Translations under genes and position numbers: made by a program
Part shown: piece by piece, positions 9,867-19,774 of the stretch
Layout of the letters: each line of letters starts with the position of its first letter
Numbering within the stretch: the first letter of the stretch is position 1
Origin: a phage
Sequence record: PZ452596.1
Length of the DNA: 64,000 nucleotides
Direction: 5' to 3' (one strand)
Notes under the pieces: generated by a model
Database searches by the model: none
Told to the model about the DNA's origin: nothing
Seen by the model: the letters and a program-made list of their open reading frames with translations, nothing else

Positions 9867-10337
9867 TTAATCATGTTTCCACACCCCATCGGTATTTGAC
9901 CAAAGTCGCTGATTGTCTGATCCTCGCCACAGCTTTTTGGTCGGAAGATTTTTCTCATACTTCCCATCAATAATAACATCAACATATTTAAGCATTTCTA
10001 GTTGTTTAATATCTTCAAACTTATATCCTGTCCACAACCAAATGCTTTTATTGGGATAAAGATTTTTTACTGTTTGAACGATGCAATGAATAACATCTCG
10101 GTTATCAGGATAGAGAGGGTCACCTCCGGTTATAGTCAATCCTTCTATATAATCATTATTCAAACATTCAATTAATTGTTCTAGTGTCTCTCCAGTGAAT
10201 GGAACACCATTTCTAGCATTCCATGTTGATTTATTATAACACCCTTCGCATTTATGCAAACAACCTGTAACGAAAAGAACGACCCTGCAACCAGGGCCAT
10301 TAACAAAATCGCAAGGATAAAATCTATCATAATTCAT
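9867..10337 (-). CDS. nrdG: anaerobic ribonucleotide reductase activating protein (radical SAM)
   Basis: 156 aa; Cys cluster CRVVLFVTGCLHKCEGC near N-terminus. Confidence 0.9.
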   Translation of the reverse strand: MNYDRFYPCDFVNGPGCRVVLFVTGCLHKCEGCYNKSTWNARNGVPFTGETLEQLIECLNNDYIEGLTITGGDPLYPDNRDVIHCIVQTVKNLYPNKSIWLWTGYKFEDIKQLEMLKYVDVIIDGKYEKNLPTKKLWRGSDNQRLWSNTDGVWKHD

Positions 10338-12151
10338 TGGTGCTTAACCCTATGCATGATTTCTTTATTTTTACCGAGATTAAATCCGCGTTCGTTCGGA
10401 TTTCCCAAATAACCACATGTTCTTCTTATGGTATTCATCTTTTTAGGATCAGTTTCTCCACAAATAGAACAAACAAATCCGTTTTCAGTAGGAGTCATTT
10501 CATGGGTACTTCCGCATGTAAAACATTTATCTACCGGCATGTTAACACCAAAATAATCTAAATGTTGTGCAGCATAATCCCATACGGCCTCAAGGCCTTT
10601 CAAGTTATTTTTCATATCAGGAAGTTCAACATAAGAAATGTGACCACCTGTCGCAATGAAATGATATGGCGCTTCACGAGAAATCTTTTCAAACGGAGTA
10701 ATATTTTCTTCTACTGAAACATGGAAACTGTTAGTGTACCAGCCTTTATCGGTAACATCTTTTACGCTTCCATATTTTTCTGTATCGAGTTTACAGAAGC
10801 GATAACAAAGGTTTTCAGCAGGAGTCGAATATAAACTAAAAGCAAATCCAGTTCTTTCAGTCCACTGTTTAAGATGAGCATTCATTTTAGTTAAAATTTC
10901 TTGTCCAATATCACGACCGACAAGAATATTCAATTCGTGAATACCAATGTATCCCAAAGACACTGAACTTCTGCCGTTTTTAAATAACTCAATTATATCG
11001 TCATCAGGTTTAAGACGAACCCCAAATGCACCTTCTTGGTAAAGAATAGGAGCAACAGTAGCTTTAACTCCTTTTAAGGAACTAATTCTACACATCAAAG
11101 CTTCAAAACACAGATCCATTCGTTCATTGAATAATTCAACAAATTTCTGTTCATTGAACTGTGTTCCAATATAAGAATCTAACGCGATGCGAGGAAGATT
11201 CAGTGTTACAACACCAAGATTATTACGTCCATCAAGAATTTCATTACCAGTCGAATCTTTCCATACGCTCAAGAAACTACGGCATCCCATCGGAGAAACA
11301 GGAACAGATGAACCAGTGATAGCTTTATTGTTCTTAGCTGAAATAATATCAGGATACATCCTTTTGCTTGCACACTCTAGAGCAAGCTGCTTAATATCAT
11401 AGTTCGGATCGTCTTTGTAAAGATTAACGCCTTCTTCGACGAACATAACAAGCTTAGGAAAAATAGGAGTTATCCCATCACGACCAAGACCTTTAATACG
11501 ATTTTTCAGAATTGCTTTCTGAATCATTCGTTCAGTCCAGTCAGTTCCCGTACCAAATGTAATTGTTACAAAAGGTGTTTGTCCGTTTGAACTAAAGAGA
11601 GTATTTACTTCATATTCATAAGCTTGGAATGCATCGTATACGTCTTTTTCTGTTTTAGATTGAGCATAATTCAACGCATCAGCGATTTGCCATTTTTCTG
11701 CATCCTCAATATGTTTTGCATAGGTGCGTTTAACATAAGGAGAAAGTACTTTATCTACATTCGCAAAAGTCGTTCCGCCATATTGATGGGAAGCAACTTG
11801 CGCAGTAATTTGTGCCATAATTGCAGTAGCAACACCGATTGATTTAGGAGTTTCAATCTGCGCATTACCAAGCTTAAATCCGTTCTCAAGCATTCCTTTT
11901 AAATCTACTAAACAACAATTAGTAAATGGAAGAGCAGGGGAATAATCAATATCATGGAAATGAATAATTCCGCTTTCATGCGCTTTCATAATAAAAGACG
12001 GGACCATATTTTTGGCAATGTGTTTAGACACAATACCAGCCATAAGGTCCCGTTGAGTTGGAAAAACACGAGAATCTTTATTAGCATTCTCGTTTAAAAG
12101 GTCTTTATTAGTTTTATGAATCAATCCTTCAATTTCTTTTTCAATTGTCAT
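10334..12151 (-). CDS. nrdD: anaerobic ribonucleoside-triphosphate reductase, uninterrupted
   Basis: 605 aa in one ORF; C-terminal glycyl-radical motif RRTCGYLG; Cys-rich Zn site. Confidence 0.95.
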   Translation of the reverse strand: MTIEKEIEGLIHKTNKDLLNENANKDSRVFPTQRDLMAGIVSKHIAKNMVPSFIMKAHESGIIHFHDIDYSPALPFTNCCLVDLKGMLENGFKLGNAQIETPKSIGVATAIMAQITAQVASHQYGGTTFANVDKVLSPYVKRTYAKHIEDAEKWQIADALNYAQSKTEKDVYDAFQAYEYEVNTLFSSNGQTPFVTITFGTGTDWTERMIQKAILKNRIKGLGRDGITPIFPKLVMFVEEGVNLYKDDPNYDIKQLALECASKRMYPDIISAKNNKAITGSSVPVSPMGCRSFLSVWKDSTGNEILDGRNNLGVVTLNLPRIALDSYIGTQFNEQKFVELFNERMDLCFEALMCRISSLKGVKATVAPILYQEGAFGVRLKPDDDIIELFKNGRSSVSLGYIGIHELNILVGRDIGQEILTKMNAHLKQWTERTGFAFSLYSTPAENLCYRFCKLDTEKYGSVKDVTDKGWYTNSFHVSVEENITPFEKISREAPYHFIATGGHISYVELPDMKNNLKGLEAVWDYAAQHLDYFGVNMPVDKCFTCGSTHEMTPTENGFVCSICGETDPKKMNTIRRTCGYLGNPNERGFNLGKNKEIMHRVKHQ

Positions 12152-12621
12152 TTTAAACTCTTTCTAAGCTGCTTCTTAAATGAAGCTATTAACTGTGTTT
12201 TGGTGTCAGATTCATTATATTCAAATCCTCTTTGAAGCATCTCGGCCATCATTTCCTCTTTTCCTAAACGAGAAAATTCCTTTGATTTATCTCCAACAAA
12301 GTTAGGGTGAATATTATTTTGGGTGTAATCGGATTTTAAATAAGTAAGTAAATTTTCTAACCATTCAAGATAATCAACACCCTGTCCCTTTAAGCCAGAA
12401 CGATTAAATTTATGCTTCATTTGACCTTCTGCGGCATTGCAGAGATTACAAAGCAATCCACGTACCTTTCCTGCTTTTGGTCCATTTAATTCATGGTCAT
12501 GGTCGAGGTGATTAGCTTGAACATCAGGATTTAGTTCTCGTTGGCAAATTAAGCATTTACCGTTTTGTGCATTATAAAATTTTTGTTTTTCTTCTTTGTA
12601 TAATTTGCCAGTCAATAACAT
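12148..12621 (-). CDS. 49: endonuclease VII (Holliday junction resolvase)
   Basis: 157 aa, MLLTGKLYKEEKQKFY... essentially identical to T4 gp49 as recalled. Confidence 0.95.
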   Translation of the reverse strand: MLLTGKLYKEEKQKFYNAQNGKCLICQRELNPDVQANHLDHDHELNGPKAGKVRGLLCNLCNAAEGQMKHKFNRSGLKGQGVDYLEWLENLLTYLKSDYTQNNIHPNFVGDKSKEFSRLGKEEMMAEMLQRGFEYNESDTKTQLIASFKKQLRKSLK

Positions 12622-12627
12622 AATAAA

Positions 12628-12650
12628 CCCTTACCTTAAATAGATAAGGG
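12628..12650 (-). promoter_or_regulatory. hairpin in gene 49 leader overlapping its ribosome-binding site
   Basis: Inverted repeat CCCTTA...TAAGGG immediately 5' of the gene 49 ATG. Confidence 0.3.
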
Positions 12651-12662
12651 TATTTATTATTT

Positions 12663-13148
12663 TCAAGTATTGTAAAACATTTGATGCAATCGCTTATATT
12701 GCCGAATCTTTTGGTCAGAAAAAGAAATTTGAGTTTCAAGCCATTCAATGTACTCTGCGGCAGCTTGCATTAAATTTCCTTCATAGCCATCGTTATTTTC
12801 TTGTGCAGCTAATTTAGCTAATGCGTATGAAATACGTTCACCTTGAAAATCGGCTTTAGGCTTCTGAACAACTTGATTAGTTCGCTCTACAACTTCTTCA
12901 ATTTCGCCGTTTTCGACTGATTCAGTATTCCACAAACACCAATACGTAATTGGCTTATCGTAGATGTTAATAATCTTTCCGTCGGAAAGTTCAATTTCAA
13001 TAATTCCAGTATCAGGTTCTATATCATCTTCACATTCTTTTGCAAGTTCACGAACTTTAAAGACAGTACCTGCACTAAGTTCCGGCCAGTAATTACACAG
13101 CCCTGTATCAACACGATTAATTCTAAACCACTTATCTACTGTAATCAT
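12663..13148 (-). CDS. pin: Pin, protease inhibitor-like protein
   Basis: 161 aa from ATG 13148 behind GGAG RBS (track ORF starts at TTG); size and position match T4 pin. Confidence 0.7.
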   Translation of the reverse strand: MITVDKWFRINRVDTGLCNYWPELSAGTVFKVRELAKECEDDIEPDTGIIEIELSDGKIINIYDKPITYWCLWNTESVENGEIEEVVERTNQVVQKPKADFQGERISYALAKLAAQENNDGYEGNLMQAAAEYIEWLETQISFSDQKIRQYKRLHQMFYNT

Positions 13149-13189
13149 GTCCCATCTCCATATCAATTATGTCATTTATTGTAGGTTCA

Positions 13190-13219
13190 TTATATACTGT
13201 TTCTTCATCAGTGTAAACC
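13190..13219 (-). promoter_or_regulatory. early promoter
   Basis: Minus strand GTTTAC, 18 nt, TATAAT. Confidence 0.55.
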
Positions 13220-13271
13220 GGTTCTTCCGGCTCTGGCTCTACAGTTTCCCATCTAGCCGCCCACCAGGGTT

Positions 13272-13592
13272 TTATAGCGTAATCCATTCTCGTACTGTCT
13301 GAGTTACTACACGTTCTCGAGGTTCGACTAGTTCAACAGTCGGAACTGCATAATACCAGTCAGAATGATAAGAACCTGAACGGCATTCATTTACGGAAAC
13401 ATGTACATTATGTTTTGGACTAAAATAAACACACTGACGATATTGGCATTTACCGTCTTGCACCCAGTCTTCTATTTCGACAGGTTTAAGATAATCGGAA
13501 AAATCGAAATCATAGTTTTCTGAAAATGCATCATGGTCTTCAATGATTTCACTCAGAACTGCATCAACATCTAATTTATTTTCAATAGTCAT
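13272..13592 (-). CDS. hypothetical protein
   Basis: 106-aa ORF, acidic N-terminal half. Confidence 0.5.
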   Translation of the reverse strand: MTIENKLDVDAVLSEIIEDHDAFSENYDFDFSDYLKPVEIEDWVQDGKCQYRQCVYFSPKHNVHVSVNECRSGSYHSDWYYAVPTVELVEPRERVVTQTVREWITL

Positions 13593-13602
13593 TTTTCACC
13601 AA

Positions 13603-13773
13603 TTAATTTCGCAATTTATTAAGTTCTTCATCATCAATCCAGGATTCTAGTCCTGATGGCAGGTCACATTCAATTTCCCAAAGAAGTTCTTCAATTTTCT
13701 GAAGACGTTCTAGTTCTTCGGCTGGAATAGTAACCATTGACGGAGCTCGTGATACATTAATATCGTAAATCAT
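13603..13773 (-). CDS. small hypothetical protein
   Basis: 56-aa ORF MIYDINVSRAPSMVT...; below track cutoff. Confidence 0.35.
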   Translation of the reverse strand: MIYDINVSRAPSMVTIPAEELERLQKIEELLWEIECDLPSGLESWIDDEELNKLRN

Positions 13774-13775
13774 AT

Positions 13776-13991
13776 TTACCCCAATTTAACCATACAATCG
13801 CCGTATTTCCACTTAGAAATAGACTTTTCACCATTAGAATAATAAACTTCGAGTTTAGCACGATTATTTTTAATTTGAATAACCTTTGCTGTCATCAAAG
13901 TTCCATACCCATAATAAACTGCAACTTCATCACCTACATATACCGCGCTTCCGCGGTAATCGTGAATATAGTCAGTTCCTTCGAGCATCAT
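13776..13991 (-). CDS. hypothetical protein
   Basis: 71-aa ORF, overlaps nrdC stop by 4 nt. Confidence 0.45.
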   Translation of the reverse strand: MMLEGTDYIHDYRGSAVYVGDEVAVYYGYGTLMTAKVIQIKNNRAKLEVYYSNGEKSISKWKYGDCMVKLG

Positions 13992-14251
13992 TTAAAATAT
14001 TCTCGCAGTTGGTCAAATCCACCAATATGACTTCCATCAGGAGCAAATACCTGGGGCATTGTCAAGCCGATTTGAGTATCACGACCTAGTTTAGTCAGAA
14101 GCTCAGCGATTTTCTCATCATCAAAAACACCTTTTTCCGGCATAATGTTGATAAATTCAAACGGCTGTTTCTTCACGGTCAAAAGACGTTTTGCATTATC
14201 GCAATACACACATTTATGGATGTTGCTATCATAACCATATACTTTAAACAT
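13988..14251 (-). CDS. nrdC: thioredoxin/glutaredoxin NrdC
   Basis: 87 aa with CVYC active site; sequence matches T4 NrdC as recalled. Confidence 0.95.
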   Translation of the reverse strand: MFKVYGYDSNIHKCVYCDNAKRLLTVKKQPFEFINIMPEKGVFDDEKIAELLTKLGRDTQIGLTMPQVFAPDGSHIGGFDQLREYFK

Positions 14252-14252
14252 A

Positions 14253-14495
14253 TTATTCCTTAATTCCTAGTACTTGTTTAAAAGTCTCGTCGTAATCAAG
14301 ACTTTGGCCCGTTTGTTCTTTATGTTTGTATATAATATCACTTACTTCTGATAGCATATTTTTATATGAACGAGTTAAAGCTGATTTAAGCACGCTGTAT
14401 CTATCAGGAAATTTACCATGTTCATTATAATAAGCTATTGCTAATTCGCGGACTGCCTTTTCAGCAGTCTCCATATATTCTTTACGCTTTGTCAT
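14253..14495 (-). CDS. hypothetical protein
   Basis: ORF trimmed to ATG 14495 ([13 protein letters not shown]...); upstream part of track ORF overlaps neighbour. Confidence 0.45.
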
Positions 14496-14796
14496 TTTCT
14501 TCTTGGTCAAATCGGTGTTTACAATGGCGGCATTTATAACGAAGATTATTAGTCTGCCAATGGACCAATTGCACCTGTTCAGTTCCACATTCAGGGCAAT
14601 TAGGAACGTTTTTAGAAGCCCTTTCGCGACGTTCAACCATGACCATTACAGAATCCCAATTAATAGGGCTGCTATAATCATCACAACCGTGAATCTTTCC
14701 ACGCATTTCCAAATTGTCTTCTTCACCAGCCATAATAATTTTAATTAGACTAGAATTACTTGAAGCTGCAATGTCTTCTAATAGACGCTTTTTCAT
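14482..14796 (-). CDS. zinc-ribbon protein
   Basis: 104 aa; CPECG...CRHCKH four-Cys/His pattern. Confidence 0.5.
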
Positions 14797-15719
14797 TTCA
14801 ATACCTCAATAGCATTACGTAAACCATTTGCTTTTGCATTAAGAGCTTTTAACAATTTGGTGTGTTCTGCAATTTGGGCTTCAACTTCAATCAAACGAGC
14901 ATTGAGATATTCGCGTTCTTCTTTCATAGTATCATTCTCATGATTGGATTTTGGCGTAGGTTTAAATTCACTAGGGTCCTTTAATTTAATAACAAATTTA
15001 GTTTCAAACAGTGAAAGACCATAATTCGTATTATCATCAAAGGATTTGACTACATCCATATCAGATAATAACACGTGTAAATTATAAGCCAAAGAACTAA
15101 TAGTTTTATTGTGTTTATTAGCTTCGCGTGGTTTCATATACGGAAGATTTTTATATATCTCATGCGGAGCGCAAACGATAATTGACAATTCAAATTGTCC
15201 ATTCTGGGACGATGGAGTGAATTTAGCCGTAACCCAGTCTTTTACATTCACATTAATAGTACGGTTATCACCATGACAAAACAGTCTACGAGAATGCTTA
15301 AAAAGCATATTCACATTATTATTAAATTCGTGTGAAAACTCACTGGCAAATTTTTCTTTACTATTTTTAGAAAACCATTCTTCTAAATAAGTTCTTTTCA
15401 CGTCATTAATAATATTAAATGTAACAACACTAGCATTTGATACATTAGTCTCAATGTAGCTTGGATACATAAATTTTTTAACATTATTAACAGCTATCAC
15501 AGAAGATAGTAATCGGGAACGTTTGAACCACTCGAGCAAAGAACCAAGAGAATGTGAATACGCATTTTGTGTATCTTTACAAATATGGTTTTCCCATCCA
15601 ATATAGTCTAAAAAATCACGAAGAATATTATTGATTACTGCTCTGTGTCCTATCTGATAATTACGATATTTAGTAATAAGACTGTCAAAATAATCAATAT
15701 AATGTTTACGAGTTTTCAT
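14793..15719 (-). CDS. hypothetical protein, member 1 of 4-gene tandem paralog family (C-terminal coiled coil)
   Basis: 308 aa; FKRSRLLSSV motif shared with 15772 ORF; heptad-rich last ~50 aa. Confidence 0.6.
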   Translation of the reverse strand: MKTRKHYIDYFDSLITKYRNYQIGHRAVINNILRDFLDYIGWENHICKDTQNAYSHSLGSLLEWFKRSRLLSSVIAVNNVKKFMYPSYIETNVSNASVVTFNIINDVKRTYLEEWFSKNSKEKFASEFSHEFNNNVNMLFKHSRRLFCHGDNRTINVNVKDWVTAKFTPSSQNGQFELSIIVCAPHEIYKNLPYMKPREANKHNKTISSLAYNLHVLLSDMDVVKSFDDNTNYGLSLFETKFVIKLKDPSEFKPTPKSNHENDTMKEEREYLNARLIEVEAQIAEHTKLLKALNAKANGLRNAIEVLK

Positions 15720-15771
15720 GTTCTTCTCACTTGGTTAATGATTTATACTCCGAGCCATCCTTGGCTTTAAA

Positions 15772-16773
15772 TTACTTAATTAACTGTAAAGCTTGTTCCA
15801 GACGATCAAGACGATTAACAGATTCTTCCCAAATCTTTTTAGCCTGCTCATATTCTTTCTGCGCTTTATTAGAAATTTCTAGAACTTCTTTATAAGCTTT
15901 TTCTAGTGCAATAACTTCTGGACGAATTTCTATCGGTTCAGGTGAATCGTCAAGACATTCCATTAGTTCCTCAAGGGTAGTTTCTTCTTTAGGAGTATTC
16001 ACAATTTCATCACATTTTTGTTGATAAATTTCTTTATCAGTAGGTGAGTACGCGCACTTTACTTCACGAAGACTAATTACAATTTTATATCCTTCCCAGC
16101 CGCATATATTCTTAAAAGGATATGTATGAATATTTTCTACTGTTTCCATACAAAGTAATGCGGTCTCTAATTGACGAGTTATAGTGCTAGCAATTGAGAA
16201 AAATTTATTAATGTTCTTTTGGTTAGTTTCTGGTGTAAAAAATCCATAATTCACAAAAATAGCTGCTTTATTTTTATCAAGTTCATATTCTTTTATGATA
16301 ATCATATCAGAAGCCCAAGGATGAATTTGACGATAATCGCCATAGCATAATTTAGAAGCTGATTTTAAAATTTGCTTTTTGAAAAGTCTGAAATTACTGA
16401 TCCAACGACGAGTAAAAATATTCTCAGGGTCTTCTTTATTATTAAGATGATAAGAATTAACATCACCGAACCAATTATATCCTACTACATCTTTAGTTCG
16501 TTTAATTTCTTTCCCAAAATTACCAAGAATATCCCGATTAACCAAATATGAAAGAAGACGAGACTCTTTAAAGGTTTTCTTGATAACATCTTTATCTACA
16601 CGGCTAGAAATTTTATGAATTTCATGAATAAATTTAGTAGAAGAAACAATACTTGCATCAACACTATTGAGCCATTGATTGATAATAGAAAGAACGACAT
16701 TTTGACCAAACATCGGTATAGCTTTATCATCAATAACGCTATTGAATGATTTGATATATTCGTTACGAGTCAT
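15772..16773 (-). CDS. hypothetical protein, paralog family member 2
   Basis: Start at ATG 16773 behind GAGGAG RBS; NIFTRRWISNFRLFKKQILKSASKL aligns with member 3. Confidence 0.6.
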   Translation of the reverse strand: MTRNEYIKSFNSVIDDKAIPMFGQNVVLSIINQWLNSVDASIVSSTKFIHEIHKISSRVDKDVIKKTFKESRLLSYLVNRDILGNFGKEIKRTKDVVGYNWFGDVNSYHLNNKEDPENIFTRRWISNFRLFKKQILKSASKLCYGDYRQIHPWASDMIIIKEYELDKNKAAIFVNYGFFTPETNQKNINKFFSIASTITRQLETALLCMETVENIHTYPFKNICGWEGYKIVISLREVKCAYSPTDKEIYQQKCDEIVNTPKEETTLEELMECLDDSPEPIEIRPEVIALEKAYKEVLEISNKAQKEYEQAKKIWEESVNRLDRLEQALQLIK

Positions 16774-16801
16774 ATTAATCTCCTCAGTAGAAAGTAAGAA
16801 C

Positions 16802-16831
16802 ATTATACCACATCCTTGTGGCAAAGTAAAC
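16802..16831 (-). promoter_or_regulatory. early promoter
   Basis: Minus strand GTTTAC, 18 nt, TGGTATAAT. Confidence 0.55.
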
Positions 16832-17850
16832 TAGTTCAGTGCATTTAGTGCATTGTTCAGTTTAGAACGTTGCTTTGTCAGATTTTGAACCCTTGACTGA
16901 GCTTGTTCTAACGCCTTTTCAGCTTCTAGCACTTCATTGGTCGCTTTAATGAGTTCATCATCTACTGCCTTAAGAGACTTCTCAATCGCGTCAGCGTGCC
17001 ATTTTTCTACAGGTTTAAAATTTGAATTTTCAGTAGGAAGAAAACTCACTTTATTAAGTTTACATGCATCTATATTGCTTGAGCTATACATCCAAAATTT
17101 AGGATCGTTTGATAAGTAATTGGATAAATTTAAGTTATCTTGCACTTCCTGCTTTTTCTCTTGCGGGACTTCGTCCTTTCTCAAAAAATCGTATTTAAAT
17201 GAAACGATCATATCAAGTTCATATGATGTTGTATCTAACTTAAATCGTTCAAAACGAGGTAAAATCTTAGATTGAACAGCAGCAACAACATCCATATACT
17301 TAAATGCTTCTGTCAACTGTGATTTAAGGCATTCACAAATTGAAAGAGAATTTTTTGTATTAGGTTTAAAGCTAATTCGTGCAGTTCTATTATTTTCTTT
17401 TAATGGTCTTACTTCCATTTGAAGAGTATAACAATCAAATTTCAGATTCTTTAAGTTAATATCAGAACCTTTTAATCGACTAGCCGTCGACAAAATTTGC
17501 TTCAATTGTTTACGGAATAGAGCAATAAATCTCCATTCAATACGATAATGATTTGGATTAAAAAATCCAGATGATAAATCGACCTTACTCTGACCAACGC
17601 CTTGAACAAATAGAGGATTTTTATAATCAATAGTTTTACAGAAATCGGTGAGCTGCTCACGAGCAGTCATTTGTGTAATATACCCCGCTTTACTAAAATG
17701 ACGTAACAATTCACTGCTATTTAGATATTTAAAGTGAATAGCACGATTAACTTTATCAGGGTCTAAATTATTTTCACACAAAAATGTCATAACATTACGA
17801 GTATCGCTGGCAGTACGAACCATATCTTCAATTTGAGAACGAGTTTTCAT
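16831..17850 (-). CDS. hypothetical protein, paralog family member 3
   Basis: 339 aa; NHYRIEWRFIALFRKQLKQILSTASRL; C-terminal coiled coil. Confidence 0.6.
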   Translation of the reverse strand: MKTRSQIEDMVRTASDTRNVMTFLCENNLDPDKVNRAIHFKYLNSSELLRHFSKAGYITQMTAREQLTDFCKTIDYKNPLFVQGVGQSKVDLSSGFFNPNHYRIEWRFIALFRKQLKQILSTASRLKGSDINLKNLKFDCYTLQMEVRPLKENNRTARISFKPNTKNSLSICECLKSQLTEAFKYMDVVAAVQSKILPRFERFKLDTTSYELDMIVSFKYDFLRKDEVPQEKKQEVQDNLNLSNYLSNDPKFWMYSSSNIDACKLNKVSFLPTENSNFKPVEKWHADAIEKSLKAVDDELIKATNEVLEAEKALEQAQSRVQNLTKQRSKLNNALNALN

Positions 17851-17858
17851 GGTGTTCC

Positions 17859-18761
17859 TTAAGATTTAAGTAAATCAACAATTTTAATTAACTTTTCACG
17901 CTCAGATTTAGCTTTACTACTCAATCCGGATAGTCTAAAGATTTCATCGTCATATTGTTGAATAGAAATATTCAGCTCTTCAATTTGCTTATTAAAATAA
18001 TCAATTTGCTCAGAATGTTTTTCGTTACTACGAACTGGTACAGGTTTTGTAGGCAATTTAGTTGAACTGGATTCATTCGGGCGATAAATTAAAATGCAAT
18101 TTGAACCAATCGGGCATTTAGCACCAGATGAATATTCTAATGTTCCGGCTTCTTTTAAAACTTCAAAAGCTAAACAGAGATGATACCCCATATTAACATA
18201 ATCTGTAGAGTGAGCTCTGATATAATAATCATCGCCGCGAATACTAAATTTAAAGCATTTAAGGTCTTCTGTATTATTGGTCTTAAAAATCATTTGTTTA
18301 TCTAGACCTTTAGCTAATCGAGCGCCTAATGCTAATAATCGTCGTTGATTTTCCCACAAATCCGCAATCATTTGGTCAAATGATAATTTTGGCATTAGTC
18401 GACCATAAAGGTCATATCCTTTATTATAATTACGAAGGATTTCACTCGCATTAATACGAGACAACGCTCCAATTTTATTAAGGGCTTTCATGATGCGATT
18501 AGATAAACCCATTCCAGACCCGTTTGTTCGTTGTAAATGTTTATCTAATCCAAACCCAATATCAACTTTAAATTTATCTAAAATTTCAGCATGAACATCT
18601 CTGTCAATAACATTCAAATCCAAAGTTGGGTTAAATCTATGAAAAAATTTATCTGGCTCTCCACGACGAAGTACAGTCCATTCATTCAATTTTTTATTAA
18701 CTAAAGATTTAATTACTGCATTGACATTATTAATTACTACTGACATATTTTTCTCACTCAA
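17859..18761 (-). CDS. hypothetical protein, paralog family member 4
   Basis: 300 aa; same architecture with C-terminal coiled coil; weaker similarity. Confidence 0.55.
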   Translation of the reverse strand: MSEKNMSVVINNVNAVIKSLVNKKLNEWTVLRRGEPDKFFHRFNPTLDLNVIDRDVHAEILDKFKVDIGFGLDKHLQRTNGSGMGLSNRIMKALNKIGALSRINASEILRNYNKGYDLYGRLMPKLSFDQMIADLWENQRRLLALGARLAKGLDKQMIFKTNNTEDLKCFKFSIRGDDYYIRAHSTDYVNMGYHLCLAFEVLKEAGTLEYSSGAKCPIGSNCILIYRPNESSSTKLPTKPVPVRSNEKHSEQIDYFNKQIEELNISIQQYDDEIFRLSGLSSKAKSEREKLIKIVDLLKS

Positions 18762-18872
18762 TTTTCAATTTTACTAAATACACAGAATATGATTGAAAAG
18801 ACTATATAAGCACCGCACACAGATTGAACTAATACCATTCCAAAGAACCAAATAATATTATCAAACAGTGTC

Positions 18873-18898
18873 TGTTTTACGTCGAAAGGACGTAAACT
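18873..18898 (-). terminator. hairpin GTTTTACGTC-GAAAG-GACGTAAAC
   Basis: 9-bp inverted repeat just downstream of 18922 ORF. Confidence 0.3.
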
Positions 18899-18921
18899 TA
18901 CAGTAATATTATCACCTTTTT

Positions 18922-19164
18922 CTATTGAAGAATACATCTCTGGTGAAATATATTCACTAAATCTATAACCGTCTTTGAGTTCATATACAGAGCAATAAAC
19001 GATAAACTAGACCCCTTTCCTTGAGTTCCTGTAAGGGTATTAACTACAGTAACATCATAATCTTTATAATGCATATAATCATTAATTGCGTAATAACCAT
19101 ATGCAACTACTACACATAAACAACATATCAATAAATTCAATCTTTTAATTATCAACTGTTTCAT
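18922..19164 (-). CDS. small secreted or membrane protein
   Basis: 80 aa with hydrophobic N-terminus (LLICCLCVVVAYGYYAI). Confidence 0.45.
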   Translation of the reverse strand: MKQLIIKRLNLLICCLCVVVAYGYYAINDYMHYKDYDVTVVNTLTGTQGKGSSLSFIALYMNSKTVIDLVNIFHQRCILQ

Positions 19165-19219
19165 AATAATCTCAATTAAAAGGGCTTAGAACCATTATAC
19201 CATCCTTGGTATAAAGCGG

Positions 19220-19747
19220 TTATGCGAGTACCGTCTTTAACCGTTCTTCAAACTTCCGAAGAGTATTCTGGCGTTCAGCTCTTTGCTTTTTGTAAGTTTC
19301 AATACGCTCTGAAATGAGAGTGTATCGTTCATTTACTGATTCTTTCATAAAATCAGGAATTTCACGAGAAGCTTTAATCTCGTCAAATTTATCAATAACA
19401 GCTTGCTCTTCAGCAATTAAATTATCATACATCAAAATATCTTTCTTGATGAACTCAATATCTTCTTGAGTTACACGAGATAATTTAGATGCTTTATCCT
19501 TTTTGTACTGTTCGTTAGTATCACGAGACCAGTGTAATGTACGATTTTTATTCGTATTCTTATAAATTTCTACAATACCGATCTCGTCAATAATAACGAT
19601 CCAATTCCAACAGGATTTGTAAATTTGTCCTCCATCAACTGTGATTTCACCACCAATTGAGACATCATTAAAGAACTTGCTTTGAGCTTCAGATTTAAAT
19701 TTACCATCGTTATAATTTACCAGGTTGAAAATATCTTTAGCGTTCAT
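19220..19747 (-). CDS. hypothetical protein
   Basis: 175 aa; helical charged C-terminal half; downstream of promoter 19775-19804. Confidence 0.55.
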   Translation of the reverse strand: MNAKDIFNLVNYNDGKFKSEAQSKFFNDVSIGGEITVDGGQIYKSCWNWIVIIDEIGIVEIYKNTNKNRTLHWSRDTNEQYKKDKASKLSRVTQEDIEFIKKDILMYDNLIAEEQAVIDKFDEIKASREIPDFMKESVNERYTLISERIETYKKQRAERQNTLRKFEERLKTVLA

Positions 19748-19774
19748 TTTTGTTCCTCCGCAGTTGATAGTTGT

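Noticed and set aside
9761-9985. 74-aa minus-strand ORF
   Set aside because: Overlaps the 3' part of nrdG in another frame; nrdG has clear radical-SAM motifs.
15720-15771. Possible late promoter TATAAATC after hairpin AGCCAAGGATGGCT
   Set aside because: One mismatch to the strict TATAAATA consensus; kept only as a terminator-like hairpin impression.
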